Origin: Macrostomum hystrix
Taxonomy: Eukaryota > Animalia > Platyhelminthes
Direction of reading: 5' to 3'
Length of the DNA: 64,000 nucleotides
Assembly: GCA_950097015.1 (NCBI GenBank)
Contig: CATNEN010000039.1
Span: forward strand, 8,556,001 to 8,620,000
In this document: piece by piece, positions 13,075-26,232 of the stretch
How the letters are laid out: the number at the start of each line of letters is the position of its first letter
Position numbering within the stretch: position 1 is the stretch's first letter
The notes under the pieces: model-generated
Seen by the model: only the letters and a program-made list of their open reading frames with translations
Databases searched by the model: none
Told to the model about the DNA's origin: nothing
Position numbers and translations under genes: made by a program

Positions 13075-14018
13075 CAAAAGCAGCTTCTGACTGCTAATTG
13101 TTTCGCAATTTCCACCGATTCTGAACTTTTCAAACCCCCACCAATAGCTCAACGTAGCACGAGTTGGTCTACTGCTCAGTGAAAATTTTCCGGAAAATAA
13201 TCTAGCTAGAAGAAGAATCACTTCAGTTTTAAATAGTATGTTGAGTTTTTTGGAAAGCTAATGAAAACTGCTTAAGAGGCCTAGGGTTTCGTGGGTAGTC
13301 GAAACTTGATACAGGTTCTGTGGATAAGTTCAGTGCTCGAAACACTCACGACTGATTGTTCTCTCAAGCCCCGCAAAAAATTCTGCCCATTTTTGGAAGC
13401 ATCCATATAACCTCTCAATTTCGCTTTGCGCCTCTAAAGCCTTGCTCTCAGATAGAAAACGCATCGGTTTCGCGAGTGTCCCGCGTATTATGCTTGTTTG
13501 CCGCTCGATTTTCCTTGCAAGATTTTGTGACTACCCCACAGTCTGCTTCCGAATTACTCTACTATTACTTACCTGCCCTTACTAATTGCAGATTTTTTGC
13601 TAACAGTTTTCGAGATCATTAAATTATATTCACTATTCTAATCTCATCCGCTGCAACGCTATGTTTTTTCACGCGACACTAATACGCTTTATCTTTCAAT
13701 GCGAACGAAACGCGGCTAACGGATGGTGCTGCATCCTGAAGTGACTGAGCATTGCTTGATAGTCCCGAGCACCATGCTGAACACGCTGTTGAGCTATTTG
13801 TGTTTTTTATTTTTATCAGAAACTGTTTTTCCATTTAAACAGATGATCGAAATCATTATTAGAATTTTGGATTGCGTGCTGTCGGCATTGCTAGCGGTGT
13901 CGGTCTTTACATTTGTCTTCTTCCCTCTTCGTACGAAAAGTTCTCAACTAATTTGTCCAACCTTGCGTGGTAAGTGACTTGTGTGGCTTGTGTGATTCTT
14001 GACATTTCCTTTGAGGGT

Positions 14019-15024
14019 TGTAGTGCTAAACACAAGCGACCCTATTGGACACTACTGGGTGGTGGGTGTTGAGCAACGGGTCGTTGAGAACTCGACTCAT
14101 CGAGTCCGGCAAATCTAGGTCAGCGGTTGGAGAGCGCGCGAACCACAAGGATGAGCGTGAAGCATTCATGTGTAGAAGAGAGAGAGAGAGATTGACGGAA
14201 TGAAAGAGAGAGGAGCGAAGCGAATAGCTTGGATGCTGTAGTTAACGAAGTTTATTTAGAATGATGAGCGCGATTGGGCCGGCTGGAATTACTCTTCAAA
14301 CCCTGCAGCTCCGTCAGTAGAGCTCCGGGTGCCTGCACCGCCTAACACTTTTTTCCTATTTCCATTCGAATTTCCTGAACTCATATATTTTACACTCTCG
14401 CCGCAATACTCAGCCAGGCAAGTAATGACGCGTCCATTTGGAAAGTCGATGAGTACAGCCTAAATAAGGAGGAGGAAGGTGGAGGCCGCATGCCACATGA
14501 GTAATCAGGTAGCCCGCATTAGTATATAGCGTGGCCGCATGCCAGCAGTAAAGTCCCGAGTCCCGTCAGAGTCAACAAGCGGAGCCACTGGCCAGAGAAT
14601 GATAGACACTTGAGCTTATGTCGGCTGTCGTGGGGACAGGCGGGGCCGACGTTAGCGGCTCCGGGTTGTCAGTCACTCCAGCTCATTGTCTGTTCGTGTC
14701 CGCGGCAAGCTATCAGCGGAGAGGGTCCTGCTGCGTGCGGGCTCTGCTAGAAAATGCGCGCCTAGCGACAAATGTTGCGGGATTTTAGTCGACTCCGCCC
14801 AGCTCAGCTCTGCAGCTCCCTATACCACGCGTCTCTGTCTTTCTCCTGTATCCTTTCAAGCACAAAATAGATTCTCTTTAAGCACTTCACATAATCCTTT
14901 GCCAGTAAGCCTATTGCGCCAAAAACCTGTGTTTTGTCATGCACATGCTGATCTGTGTGTCTCGGCCAGTGGCACAGCCGCAACCGAACTCTGTTGAGTC
15001 CATGAGCTGACAGGAGGCACTGCA
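14019..15024 (-). mobile_element. Possible solo or 3' LTR (~1 kb)
   Basis: Ends are TGTAGTGC...GCACTGCA (7/8 inverted match, TG..CA). On the minus strand a TATA-like motif (~14525) precedes AATAAA (~14255), and a short purine tract (ggtggg) abuts the 15024 end. No TSD found. Confidence 0.35.
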
Positions 15025-15164
15025 CCCACCAAATTGTTAATTCAGCTGGTGCCGATACACGATTTTACAACTAGAATGACAAAATGACGCCATTTCTTTG
15101 CCCAGGGATGAAAAAGAACCCGAGACCTCTCTAGAGAGAGACAATACAACAAGTGAACAAAAAA

Positions 15165-16755
15165 TTCTAGAATATGTGATTCCAAGAATACGTAGTATGT
15201 GATTCCAAGAATCTGGGATTCCAAGAATATGTAGTATGGGATTCCAAGAATCTGGGATTCCAAGAATCTGAGATTCCAAGAATCTGGGATTCCTAGAATC
15301 TATGATTCCAAGAAGCTGAGATTCCAAGAATCTGGGATTCCAAGAATCTGGGATTCCAAGAATATGTAGTATGGGATTCCAAGAATCTGGGATTCCAAGA
15401 ATCTGAGATTCCAAGAATCTGGGATTCCTAGAATCTATGATTCCAAGAAGCTGAGATTCCAAGAATCTGGGATTCCAAGAATCTGGGATTCCTAGAATCT
15501 GCGATTCCAAGAATCTGGGATTCCAAGAATCTGGAATTCCAAGAATTCCAAGAATCTGGGATTCCTAGAATCTAGGATTCCAAGAATCTGGGATTCCAAG
15601 AATCTGGGATTCCAAGAATCTGGGATTCCAAGAATCTGGGATTCCAAGAATCTGGGATTCCAAGAATCTGGGATTCCAAGAATATGTAGTATGGGATTCC
15701 AAGAATCTGGGATTCCAAGAATCTGAGATTCCAAGAATCTGGGATTCCTAGAATCTATGATTCCAAGAAGCTGAGATTCCAAGAATCTGGGATTCCAAGA
15801 ATCTGGGATTCCAAGAATCTGGGATTCCAAGAATCTGGGATTCCAAGAATCTGGGATTCCAAGAATCTGGGATTCCAAGAATCTGGGATTCCAAGAATAT
15901 GTAGTATGGGATTCCAAGAATCTGGGATTCCAAGAATCTGAGATTCCAAGAATCTGGGATTCCTAGAATCTATGATTCCAAGAAGCTGAGATTCCAAGAA
16001 TCTGGGATTCCAAGAATCTGGGATTCCAAGAATATGTAGTATGGGATTCCAAGAATCTGGGATTCCAAGAATCTGAGATTCCAAGAATCTGGGATTCCTA
16101 GAATCTATGATTCCAAGAAGCTGAGATTCCAAGAATCTGGGATTCCAAGAATCTGCGATTCCTAGAATCTGCGATTCCAAGAATCTGGGATTCCAAGAAT
16201 CTGGAATTCCAAGAATTCCAAGAATCTGGGATTCCTAGAATCTAGGATTCCAAGAAGCTGAGATTCCAAGAATCTGGGATTCAAAGAATCTGTGATTTCG
16301 AGAATCTGGGATTCCAAGAATCTGGGATTCCAAGAATCTGGGATTCCAAGAATCTGGGATTCCAAGAATCTGGGATTCCAAGAATCTGGGATTCCAAGAA
16401 TCTGGGATTCCAAGAATCTGGGATTCCAAGAATCTGGGATTCCAAGAATCTGGGATTCCAAGAATCTGGGATTCCAAGAATCTGGGATTCCAAGAATCTG
16501 GGATTCCAAGAATCTGGGATTCCAAGAATCTGGGATTCCAAGAATCTGGGATTCCAAGAATCTGGGATTCCAAGAATCTGGGATTCCAAGAATCTGGGAT
16601 TCCAAGAATCTGGGATTCCAAGAATCTGGGATTCCAAGAATCTGGGATTCCAAGAATCTGGGATTCCAAGAATCTGGGATTCCAAGAATCTGGGATTCCA
16701 AGAATCTGGGATTCCAAGAATCTGGGATTCCAAGAAGCTGGGATTCTTGGAATTG
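15165..16755. repeat. 16-bp minisatellite (GATTCCAAGAATCTGG)n, ~95 units, intergenic
   Basis: Tandem repeat is directly visible. The left half is variant-rich; the right half is nearly pure. Confidence 0.97.
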
Positions 16756-17314
16756 ATGTGCTATTGACGTGTGTCTGGACTTAGATAATTTTAGTAGGCT
16801 TGGCTGTGAATGAATGATTTGTTTATCCGTCTTTATACTTGTGTGAATTTGGAGTGATTTTCAAATAGAATAATTACTTCTTTTAAGAAATTGGCAACGT
16901 CATAAATAATCCAGAGAGCTACTGCATAACAACAGCTAGCTTTTTTCCAGTTAAAGCGGGAAAGATTTTTTCATTTCTAAGCAGAGTTAGATCTCACAAT
17001 GAGCTTTGAGCAGAAGGGGCCAACCTTGGAGCCTCAAACAGCCGCTTCCCACCCCACCTCAGCTGTGACAGGCGATCTCTAAATCATTCTGCTGATCAGC
17101 AAGCTTTTTTAATTACGAAGCTATCGAGCACAGGCTTTCACTGCTTTCAATATTTTCAACGCAAGAATTTGTTAAGTTGCTTTCAACTAGCTTTAATTGT
17201 CGCCCGCTTTATTATTTGTATTATTATAAGCATGCGCACACTGTACCAGGTGTCGATATTTAGTTTTTTTTATTCAAGAACTAATTTTTTTAGCTATGTT
17301 GGAGATATTATTGA

Positions 17315-17660
17315 TTGCTGCGGGCAGTGCCACATCATTTGGTGATATTAGACCCTCAGCCAGCGAAGAGGCAATTCTGCCCATTTCGCTGACTCCTGAG
17401 CACACACGCACACAGATACCTTATGCAGGCACACTCTCACACAGGTGTGTACATCTGCCCTGACTTTCTCTTCGTCAGGCAGTGTACACTCGCACAGTAG
17501 ATGTGTGTCTTCGAGGTTGGCCCTCAAGGTCGTAAATTGCACGATAAGCCCTCAAGCCTTCTCTCCGCGGCCGCGCCCTAAGTGGCCTCGCCGCGAAATC
17601 GAGCTCTGTGACCTTGGTGCGATAGCCAAAAGCGTTAACCGCTCTGCCACTCACCCTCCT
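17315..17660 (-). mobile_element. tRNA-derived SINE (family A)
   Basis: Reverse complement aligns with the copies at 57862 and 58920 (head TGGCAGAGCGG..GAGCTCGATTT; body GCCAACCTC..GTGTACAC..CTGAC..GTCAGGGCAG; GAATTGCCTC). Confidence 0.85.
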
Positions 17661-20043
17661 AACTCAGTTGGGAATTTCAGCTGTTTATTGTTTCTGCATT
17701 TTTGTTGCTTTTTTCCACTTTGGGAACTTTTGGGCAGATTCTGCGCTCATATTCTACACTTGGTCGGGCTGTTCACTGTGTCACGCAGACTAGCTTTCCG
17801 CTCTATCCGATGAAACTATTCAACGAGTATCGTCTGGCGTCTAGTGGCAATAACTGCCACTAGATGTAACCATGTCGGCTGTTATTGTTGGTTATATTTT
17901 ATTGGTTATATTGTTTTTTGTTATGATTTAACTAATACGGATTCGCGATATAGGTTTATACAGAGAAGTATTAGCTATCCTTTCCACTAGGGTCTTCGAC
18001 AAGAATTGCTGAATATATCGACGATGCTGACGTCGGACAGTTTGACAGTTGGTTCATCGTAAAGGGCGGAAAACTTTGATCCATGTGGTGGACTTTTATG
18101 AAAAATTGGTCATTCGGTTTAGGAGCTGTCGTGAAGTAGGCAGCGGGTATGAAATACGCTCGCTCGTATAGGCTCCGTTCTGTTTTACCTTGGGAAAAAT
18201 TGCGAATTCTAATTCTAATGCATCGCTTCGCTGTTACTGGTAAGGAGTCTGGACCTTTGTTTTAGGAGGCCGGTACCCGAGACTCCGTTTTTTGTATATT
18301 TTAGAGCAGGGGAAGGTGTCCTTCTACTGCGATTCCTGATTTCTGAGTCTTGCTTAGAAGCATCGAAAGTACACTCTTGCACAGGTTACATGTGCGCATA
18401 AGGGTTTGAACGTGTGCGAATGCCATCGGCTTTCTAATTAACAAATCCACAAGTCGACAAGGTCACAAAAGCAGCTTAAAAAGCTTCATCTTAACTGTAA
18501 TAATTAAAAACATATTATTAAGAGCACTGCAATTACGTGCATGTATGAGATAACTTATGATTCTATTATCAGAAAAATGTCGACCTTATTAGGCCTATCA
18601 GGTCTGATCTCAATTATAATCAGATTATAGCTTATCATGTAGTAGAAACCCGCCTGATATCCTTGATAATCCTGTCTCTTGCCCCGACTGCTAATCCTGG
18701 CACACCGCTGCTTGTTAGCGCAGGACAAACCAACCCAGGTACAAACCCCAATGCAAACCTCCCTGAGAACTCACCCTGAGCAGGAAGGTTCAGCTGAGTC
18801 TATACTCTAATAGAGCAGTTTTTTACAGCATGCCTGTTGGTTCGGTTTACTGTGCAAAGAACTCTGCCAATGTCTGCTGCTAAAAATGCGATCTGCTCTG
18901 TAGTGTTATCTTCATTTCGTATTATATTTCTGGATATAATCGAAAATAAAAAGCTATTATTTACACCTGTGTTACCATTTATGACTTTTACCTTTGAAGA
19001 CTTACTTGGTATGCTGAGCTCCTGTTTGAATAAGCAGAACTCAACTTTTGATTCTTTCCAAGTAGTCTAACAGATTCTATTTGTTTTGCCTAACAATACG
19101 ATGCGTTGTTATTTTATTAACCAACAATCAGTTCGCGCGTGGATCCCCACGATTTTTTTCACATGTTCGCATAGTTTCAGATAAAGGACAACTTAATGAC
19201 ACTTTTTTTGTTTTCAAGCAATACTTTTTTCAAATACATAAAAATTTTCAAGCACATCTGTTTCATAAGTCTAGGAAATTCGTCGATCGATCAATTAATT
19301 AATATCAAGCAAAACTTTTTAGTAGTGCACTACTTCCAAAAGTACACTGGAATGCGGAGAGCTACTGCAATCTCCTGATCTAGAATTTGCTTAACTTGGG
19401 TGAAACACAGGTTCTGACCATAATCATTTGATTAATTGGGAGATCTTGATAATATAGAGCAAAGTTGTTCTAATTAAGACCTTGGAGGCCCATTACTCGA
19501 ACATTTTATAGTTGTTTTGGTATTTCACTAAAAAACATAACTTTACATCTACGTTGAAGCTTAATGTATTAATTTATATTCATCATTAGTATGTACTCTT
19601 AATAGTTCATTACGTTATTCGCGTGATACGTGATAATGGAAAAATTAAATGTGAACTCGTATTAATGCACTCTTATTTAACGCGGGTTAGAAGTTGTTTT
19701 TGAACAAACCAAATTATGAAATAACAAAATCATACAAGTAAAACAAATTAAGTTGCATACCACTGTTCGCTGTTAGTTGTTAGTTTAATTTCTAACTGAT
19801 TATCAACTGGCTAAAGTACTAAAAATAACTTTGTCTAAAAATGAAAACATACGTGTTGCGACTGTTGCTGTTGCAATATGAACTGCAAAATTCGTAGAAT
19901 GCACGTTGTCTAATTACAAGTCGTTTTGTGATTGTGCACATACGACATAACTGCGTTACAAAACTTTGTGTTTGTATTTGCAAAAACAAAAAAGTATTCG
20001 GTAAACAAATATCCGATCAATAGAATAAAATAGATCAACTAGT

Positions 20044-23000
20044 ATGTTTGCCATATTCGGGTGTAATTTAGTCCATCCTGTGGATAAGGATCCAAATGAT
20101 AATTCATGTGAATCTGTTTCTCAGCCTATTGTTGCAGATAATGAGTTAACAGACTCAAAGCTGTTTACTGATGGTACAGAAATCCAAGATCAGTGTGATT
20201 TTTCTTCTTCAACCGCACAGCACAGTGGCTCAATAGTTCAGTTGTAAGTAAGACACCCGACCTCTAAGCTCTAATTGGCTTTAAAGCATGCATTTTTAAT
20301 AACAATTACATTTTCTACCAATAGCCAACTACTAATAGCAATTAATTTTTTTTCTGTATCATAATTCCATAATTGGCCATATTCATGACTCTATATTCTA
20401 CTAGTCCTGTTATCACACTTATAGACAAAGACAAATGTGGTGTTTAATTAAAATAGCTATTAACTATTTAACAGTAAAAATGTAAAGGTAAATGAAATAT
20501 ATTGTTAGTTTTTTTATTGCTATTATTGTAGCAATTAAAATGAATCCAGTCCATTTCGGCGACAAGTCATTTCGGCGACAACCATTTTGGCGACAAGTCA
20601 TTTCGGCGACAACCACTTCGGCGACAAACATCGAAACCGCAGTAATAATGGATCTGATAGTGTTTGCTTTTTGAGTATGTAATGTGTTTGATTCTTCTAC
20701 TTGTTAATGTATTCCTGTTATAGTATTTGTTTTAACATGTAATATAAATAGCGAGTTTGGATCAGTTTGGTCCGCACTCTATGTGCGTCAACCTCACCTG
20801 TCTTACTTATAAGTAGCATCGTTTGCCGTCACCAATATTTTATAACTAACATGTTCGTTATCGACTTCATTATTCTACACAGGTAGAAGTGCTGTCGCAC
20901 TTTCGTCTCTGCCTTCTGTCCTCTATTCACTCTTTCGTTCTCTGCACTTTTCTTGTTTACATCGTCCAGTTCAGTCTAGTTCTTTCTCTCACATTATCTC
21001 TGCGGCTGATCTCTCATTCTCTATCCTTTTGCTCTTTCCTCCCTTCTGATTGGTCCACCGCTCACATTCTAACCTCCTCTCCTACCCTCAGTTCCGCGCT
21101 TCTGCCGATTTGTGGCTTCTTTTATTCGATTTAAATTAAAGCAAAAAATTAATAAATAAAATAAATTTGTTCCACGGCTTCAAAAGTATTGTTGCCGAAA
21201 TGGTTGTCGCCGAAATGACTTGTCGCCGAAATGGACTGTTTCCATTAAAATTACCATGTACCATGCTGTAACTTTGTAGTTAGTACCACTTATCTAACAT
21301 GACATAGCTCGTTATTTATAGGCATGTATGATATATATATATGTAGCTAGGTATGCTTTTAAGCATTTAAATTTACCATTTAACAAATAAATTAATACTT
21401 TTGATAATTACTTTGCGAATAGCAAGAAGAGCTGCTGAGAAGTTGTATTGCTACCAAGATAAAAATCTTGAAATTACAACTAAAAATAGCAAATAGTGTA
21501 TTTCCGAATCTAAGAATTGAATTTCATTCTATAGTTAGCTATAGCTATGCGAATTAGATATGCAAATTAGCTACATAAAATTGTGTGGCAAAAATTTAAT
21601 GGTCTGATTGACTGTTTCACTTTCAAACTAAGGTCTAATTTAAGTTTCATTTTTCTTACAGGCCAGATGGTGGAATAGCAAAGCTGCACTGCTTGGCCAC
21701 ATCTCTTGACCAGCCATTGGTTGATCGCTTGACCAATCAGGTGCGTCGAAAGCTGGGCAGCTCTGGTCCGCAGGCCCTGGCTGGCACCACAGATATGCTG
21801 GATTGGTCAGTTAGAGCTCGATATGTGGTGTGCATTGAATTTTAATTGTCACAGGTAGTTTGATGTTTTACCGATTTCTTTTACTCTGATTATAGGTCGG
21901 ACTCGGATGGCAGTGGCCAGAAACTGGCTGTGTTCTTCTGCTTTGACAGCAGCTACCTGGTCTGCCTGTTGGATGCCAGCCTACAGAAACTGGAAGCGTA
22001 AGAACAGACTTGGAAGCGTGGTATTTAAACAAAGAGTCATCGATAATAAATTACAATCGAGCGTGTTTTAGCCTCGTTTGACACGTCAGACTTTCGCACC
22101 CAAGGTCCTGATCTCGAATCCGCGGCAACGCCTCCTTCATTTGAGGCGCAGCCGCGAAGAGATGGCTTGGGGAGACTTGGTTGTGCAATTTACGCCCTTG
22201 AGGGCCAACCTCCAAGACACAGCGAGAGTGTACACGGCCTGACCATGAGAAAGTCAGGGCGGGTGTGCGCACATGTGGGAGTGTGTCTGTGTGCGTTATC
22301 TTTGCGTGTCAGTGGAATAGGCATACTGCCTCCTCGCTGGCCGCGGGTCTAGTGTCATCAAATGTTTTCACGGTGCCTTCAACCCTGCTGGAAATATTGT
22401 TATTATTGTTGTATGTAGCTGCTGACTGTGTGTGATCTGGTTACCAACCGAAATCTAATTCTGCAGCTTCCACGACCAGCTCCTTGACTACGTGCGCGAG
22501 CAGGTCCCAGTCTTCGTCGCCGGGGCTGCTGATCCCGCTGCGGCTGCTTCGGCCGCCTTCGCCGTCTGGGAGGAGGCGACTGTGGCTTCACTGCAGCGCA
22601 CTGTGAAACTGCTTCGCGGCTTACTACCGCAACTCGTCACCCTGGTGTCTGTCGGCTGCCGCCTGACTGTGGAGTGCGCGGCCGAGGATGACTTCTCTAG
22701 GCGACGCGAAGTCGAGCGCTTCATCGGCCAGTGCCGGCTTATCGAGTCGGGCAGCTCAGCCGGCCCCGCTGCTGCCACAGCTGAGCCCAACGCTGCCGAG
22801 GCTGTCCCTACAGCAGCTGCAGTCAATTGGGACGACTTGTTCCCGCGATCTGCGGTGCTTCGCATCAGCGGTCGCTCGGTGTCGCTTGATTTCGGGCGTC
22901 AGTTTTATAGAACATTTAATGCTAATATCCCACACAGATTTAGAAAGTCCCTGTCAACTGAAAGTACTTTTAACCCATTCCAGACTGCACTGAGTTCGCC

Positions 23001-24089
23001 AAGACCTGGTCAGCCGCTCTGCTCGACTCAGTGGACGAAGAGAATCCGGTCAGGCTGCGCCAGAAGATTCTCGATCTGCGCCTGCGAGCCAGTCGCGACG
23101 TAAACGCCACAAAGCGACTGCTGGCTGATGCCGTGTGCGACTATTACGCATTGTACAGGTGCGTGTAGCTCTTTGAGTCTGCGTTTGAGTCATCTACGCG
23201 ACTATTGCGCAGTATGTTAAAGGCTGCGTACAGCTATTCAGTCCACAGACAGGGAAGGCTCCTTATATCTAACCGAATAATAATTATTTTTATAATTGAA
23301 TACACCTGCCCCAATGGAGCCAGATGTACAGCCGACAGCAAAACCGCAGCTATTGCGCGGCGCATCTAAAGACTACGTCCGGCTGTTCAGTCCATGGTCC
23401 GGGGGACGCCACAGCCACCCTCAATTACCCCAGCTAATTTTGGTACCCATTTAACAGCTGGGTCAAGTGAAGCAATGTAGAGTTAATTGTCTTGCTAAAG
23501 TACACAAATTGTTCCAGTCGAGTCGGGAATCCACCCCTGTAAATGGTGGAACGTAGGGAGAGATGAGATTAGGAAGAGAAAAGAGAGAGATAAGACAGGA
23601 GACAAGGTAAAGATGAGACAGGGGAGAAAGAGACGAGACTGCGGAGAGACAATACAAAGAGGTCTATTTCAGGAGCTCCCAAGGCAGCATTTGGCCCGCG
23701 GGCCGGAGGTTGCCGACTCTGCGCTTAAAACTTCGGATCGATAGTTATTAACACTGTTAAGAGAGGAAGGAGAAAGAATAACATATGGTTTTACTACTCT
23801 CTCATATCAAATCATCAGAGATTCAGGTGCTTAATGACACAATATTTAGCCATTCGTTCTTGCCACCTCCGTTGGCAGGCTCGCGCACACCCTGCGCCAG
23901 ACGGGCAACGGCCCGGTGCTTCTGCACAGCCTCTGGTCCATGGGCAGTGCCGAGGAGCGCGAGCTGCTGCAGTTTCTGCGTACCTACCTGGCACCCACCT
24001 GCCCACTGCTGCCCTGTTCAGTCTCTGCTAGCAGCCAAAGTGTCGCGGTCGATGGCCTGACGACGGGTGACCGAGTTCAGACTTCCTGA
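20044..24089 (+). CDS. C17orf75: Njmu-R1 / C17orf75 homologue (WDR11-FAM91A1 vesicle-tethering complex subunit), 6 exons
   Basis: Exons 20044-20243, 21662-21805, 21896-21997, 22467-22897, 22984-23158 and 23879-24089; all GT-AG and in phase. The peptides WEEATVASLQRTVKLL..RREVERFI and FAKTWSAALL..NPVRLRQKILDLRLRASRDVNATKRLL..YYALYR..GNGPVLL match the family as I recall it. Exon 1 is the least certain. Confidence 0.8.
20542..21243. mobile_element. Non-autonomous foldback DNA transposon (MITE) with tandem-repeat arms and 8-bp TSD
   Basis: Left arm CAGTC(CATTTCGGCGACAA..)x5; right arm is the inverse, x3. ATTAAAAT is duplicated at 20534-20541 and 21244-21251. Confidence 0.85.
22075..22410 (+). 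mobile_element. tRNA-derived SINE (family A) in C17orf75 intron 3
   Basis: CGCACCCAAGGTCCTGATCTCGAATCC head remnant, family body, and a TTATTATTG tail. Confidence 0.8.
23270..23545 (-). mobile_element. CORE-like SINE (family B), with a further fragment at 23165-23250
   Basis: On the minus strand: B-box remnant, tgtgtactttagcaagacaattaac..cccagctgttaaatgggtacc core, GGACCATGGACTGAACAGC, and a tail shared with 7295-7430. Confidence 0.65.
23686..23721. mobile_element. hAT/Charlie-like MITE terminus
   Basis: TGGCCCGCGGGCCGGAGGTTGCCGACTCTG is nearly identical to 53936-53963. Both copies are preceded by GAGATGAGACA-type purine repeats. Confidence 0.5.
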
Positions 24090-24434
24090 GCTGTACAGCA
24101 TTATTGCGCTGACTCGTTAGTTTATTAAGACTCAAGAATTTTTCAAGTATTTTCTTGTGGTTTGATCTGATTATTTATGTCCAGAAGTTTAGTCGCTTTG
24201 TCTTTTTGGATTTCAATTTTCCTCTGTATATTGAATCAAATTCGTTAAATTTATGGTATCTCTGTCTTTACAAATTACTATTTAAATTACGTACGATTCG
24301 GAGCAGACCACAGCAGATATAATAAATTTGGGCCCATGAAGATTTTGTCAGCAAAGTTTAAACAGAATAACAAAAAGAAATACGAGTATTTTGTTTAATT
24401 GTTTCGGTCAATAGGCAGCGCTTGGACGCGCAAT

Positions 24435-25262
24435 TCAAGGCATTGAACGTTTGGTAATCCCCGTTTTGCTTCTTGGCACCATTTCGTCCGCGACGCGATT
24501 CAGCATCTCCCGCCACGTGACGGCGTCGCGTTTGTCGCCCAGGAAGTTGGCCACGCGCTGCATCATCAGGTTTCTGTAGAACGGGTGCTTAATGCTGGAC
24601 CCTTCCTCCACGACGATGCCAGCGCTGGACTTGGCTAGCTGATGGTTGCTTATTTTGAACATTTCGCCAATGACGATGCGAAACACTTCACAGTTGATGT
24701 CGGCGCCAGTTTTTGAAGCGCCAATTAGGCGCGAGAGAAGATTATTCAGATCATTGTGGTCCTATGGAGTGATAGGAATGCTACACTTAATGAATGTGGT
24801 TCAGAGCCAGGGTGTCCACCCTGGCAGGTACGGTGGCGCATGACTATAAAAACTCACCTCCTGGGGCAGCGTCTCAGAGATTGCCTGGCACAGTGCTATC
24901 GGCGATGTTCTGGTGGAGTCTTCAGGAATAAAATGGTAAAAAAACTCTTTAATATCGTCGCCGACGTCGTAGCCGTAGGCGTCCTCGTAGTCCTCCAGGA
25001 TTTCGAAGAATTTGGCCTTGCTAAGGCAGCCATTCTTGCCGTACTGTAGCAGGTAGCGATTCTCAAAGTGCAGCAGGTGCTCAGTGCTCACTGGGTCGCC
25101 AAAAAGCAGGCTGAAAAGGTTGCGCATTTCGGAGGCGTTTAAATTCTTGTCATTGTCCGCGTCAAGAAGGTCGAACAGCACGGAGAACTGACGACGCTCC
25201 AGGCCCAACAAACGGCTTCTGTCGCGTTGACCCGTTGGGTGACTGGACGTCGCTTTTGGCAT
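24435..25262 (-). CDS. Calmodulin-like EF-hand protein (~243 aa), 2 exons
   Basis: Exon 25262-24858 contains a canonical loop (FDLLDADNDKNLNASE) and ends at a GTGAG donor. Exon 24761-24435 has a ccatag acceptor and is in phase. EF-hands 2-4 look degenerate. Confidence 0.75.
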
Positions 25263-25349
25263 GAAGATTTATCGATTTGGAGTCGTGACTAACGGTGCGA
25301 TTCAGGAATAGAAGTGCGATGGCTTTAACAATGACAATGATCAGAATAT

Positions 25350-25562
25350 TCGCCACTAACACACCATTTGATGACTGTAGACCCGCAGCCAGCATTCTGT
25401 CCATTCCACTGACCCCTGTGAGCACGCACACAGATGTGTGCAACGGGCCTGACTTTCGCATCTTCAGGAAGTGTACGCGCTAACTGTGCCTAGGGGGTTA
25501 GCCCTTAAGGGTGTGAGTTGCACTTATACGCGCCGCGAAATCGAGCTCAGGGACCATGGTGT
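25350..25562 (-). mobile_element. Degenerate SINE family A copy just upstream of the EF-hand gene
   Basis: Matches family motifs (AGACCCGCAGCCAGC, CCTGACTTTC, CGCCGCGAAATCGAGCTCAGGGACCATGGTG). Confidence 0.65.
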
Positions 25563-26232
25563 GTGGCTCACCAAGGGGGAAAGCAACTGCCTTTAGGTAC
25601 GATGGCAAATTGGGAGCCTGTACATGTCTCCATTTGTCTCGAATTAAGTTAAATTAATTTAGGGCCATAAACGTTGAATAACTTACTTGTCGAGGTTTTT
25701 AACAAATCTCTGGCGTTTTGTCAATCGGTCGGTAAATTAGCTTTATATTTTCAATTAAACTAAGGCAGAAATTGGATTTTAATTTCTCTGTCAAATTACG
25801 ATTTTAAGATAGAATTTTATAGACACATTCGAAGACTACAAAAGAAGTCGGCATTGAGAATGCATTGAGGACGCTGAATGAGTTCTTTTGCCATAGATTA
25901 AAATCAACCCCAAGCTAAACAAGCTCAAAATTAAAATGCCATTTTAACGCACAATATTTTCGTTTTGTTCCTCAAACCTACTACAAGTAGGATTATCAGA
26001 AAGTTAGAAGTTGTTCACTCTTTATTGAAAAAAATTGACAGCCAATCACAGACAAGCCAGTTCACGAAGCTCAACTATTGGTCAAAAAAAGTAGAGAAAA
26101 TAGACAACTTGTATTTGATATTTGTAGTTGGACTTTGACGGCTGAATATAATCTGAATGGACAGGGGGCATATTTCTCGTTACAAAATTTATCCAGTTCA
26201 TTTTTTGCTGTTTTACTGACAAGGCGACGCAG

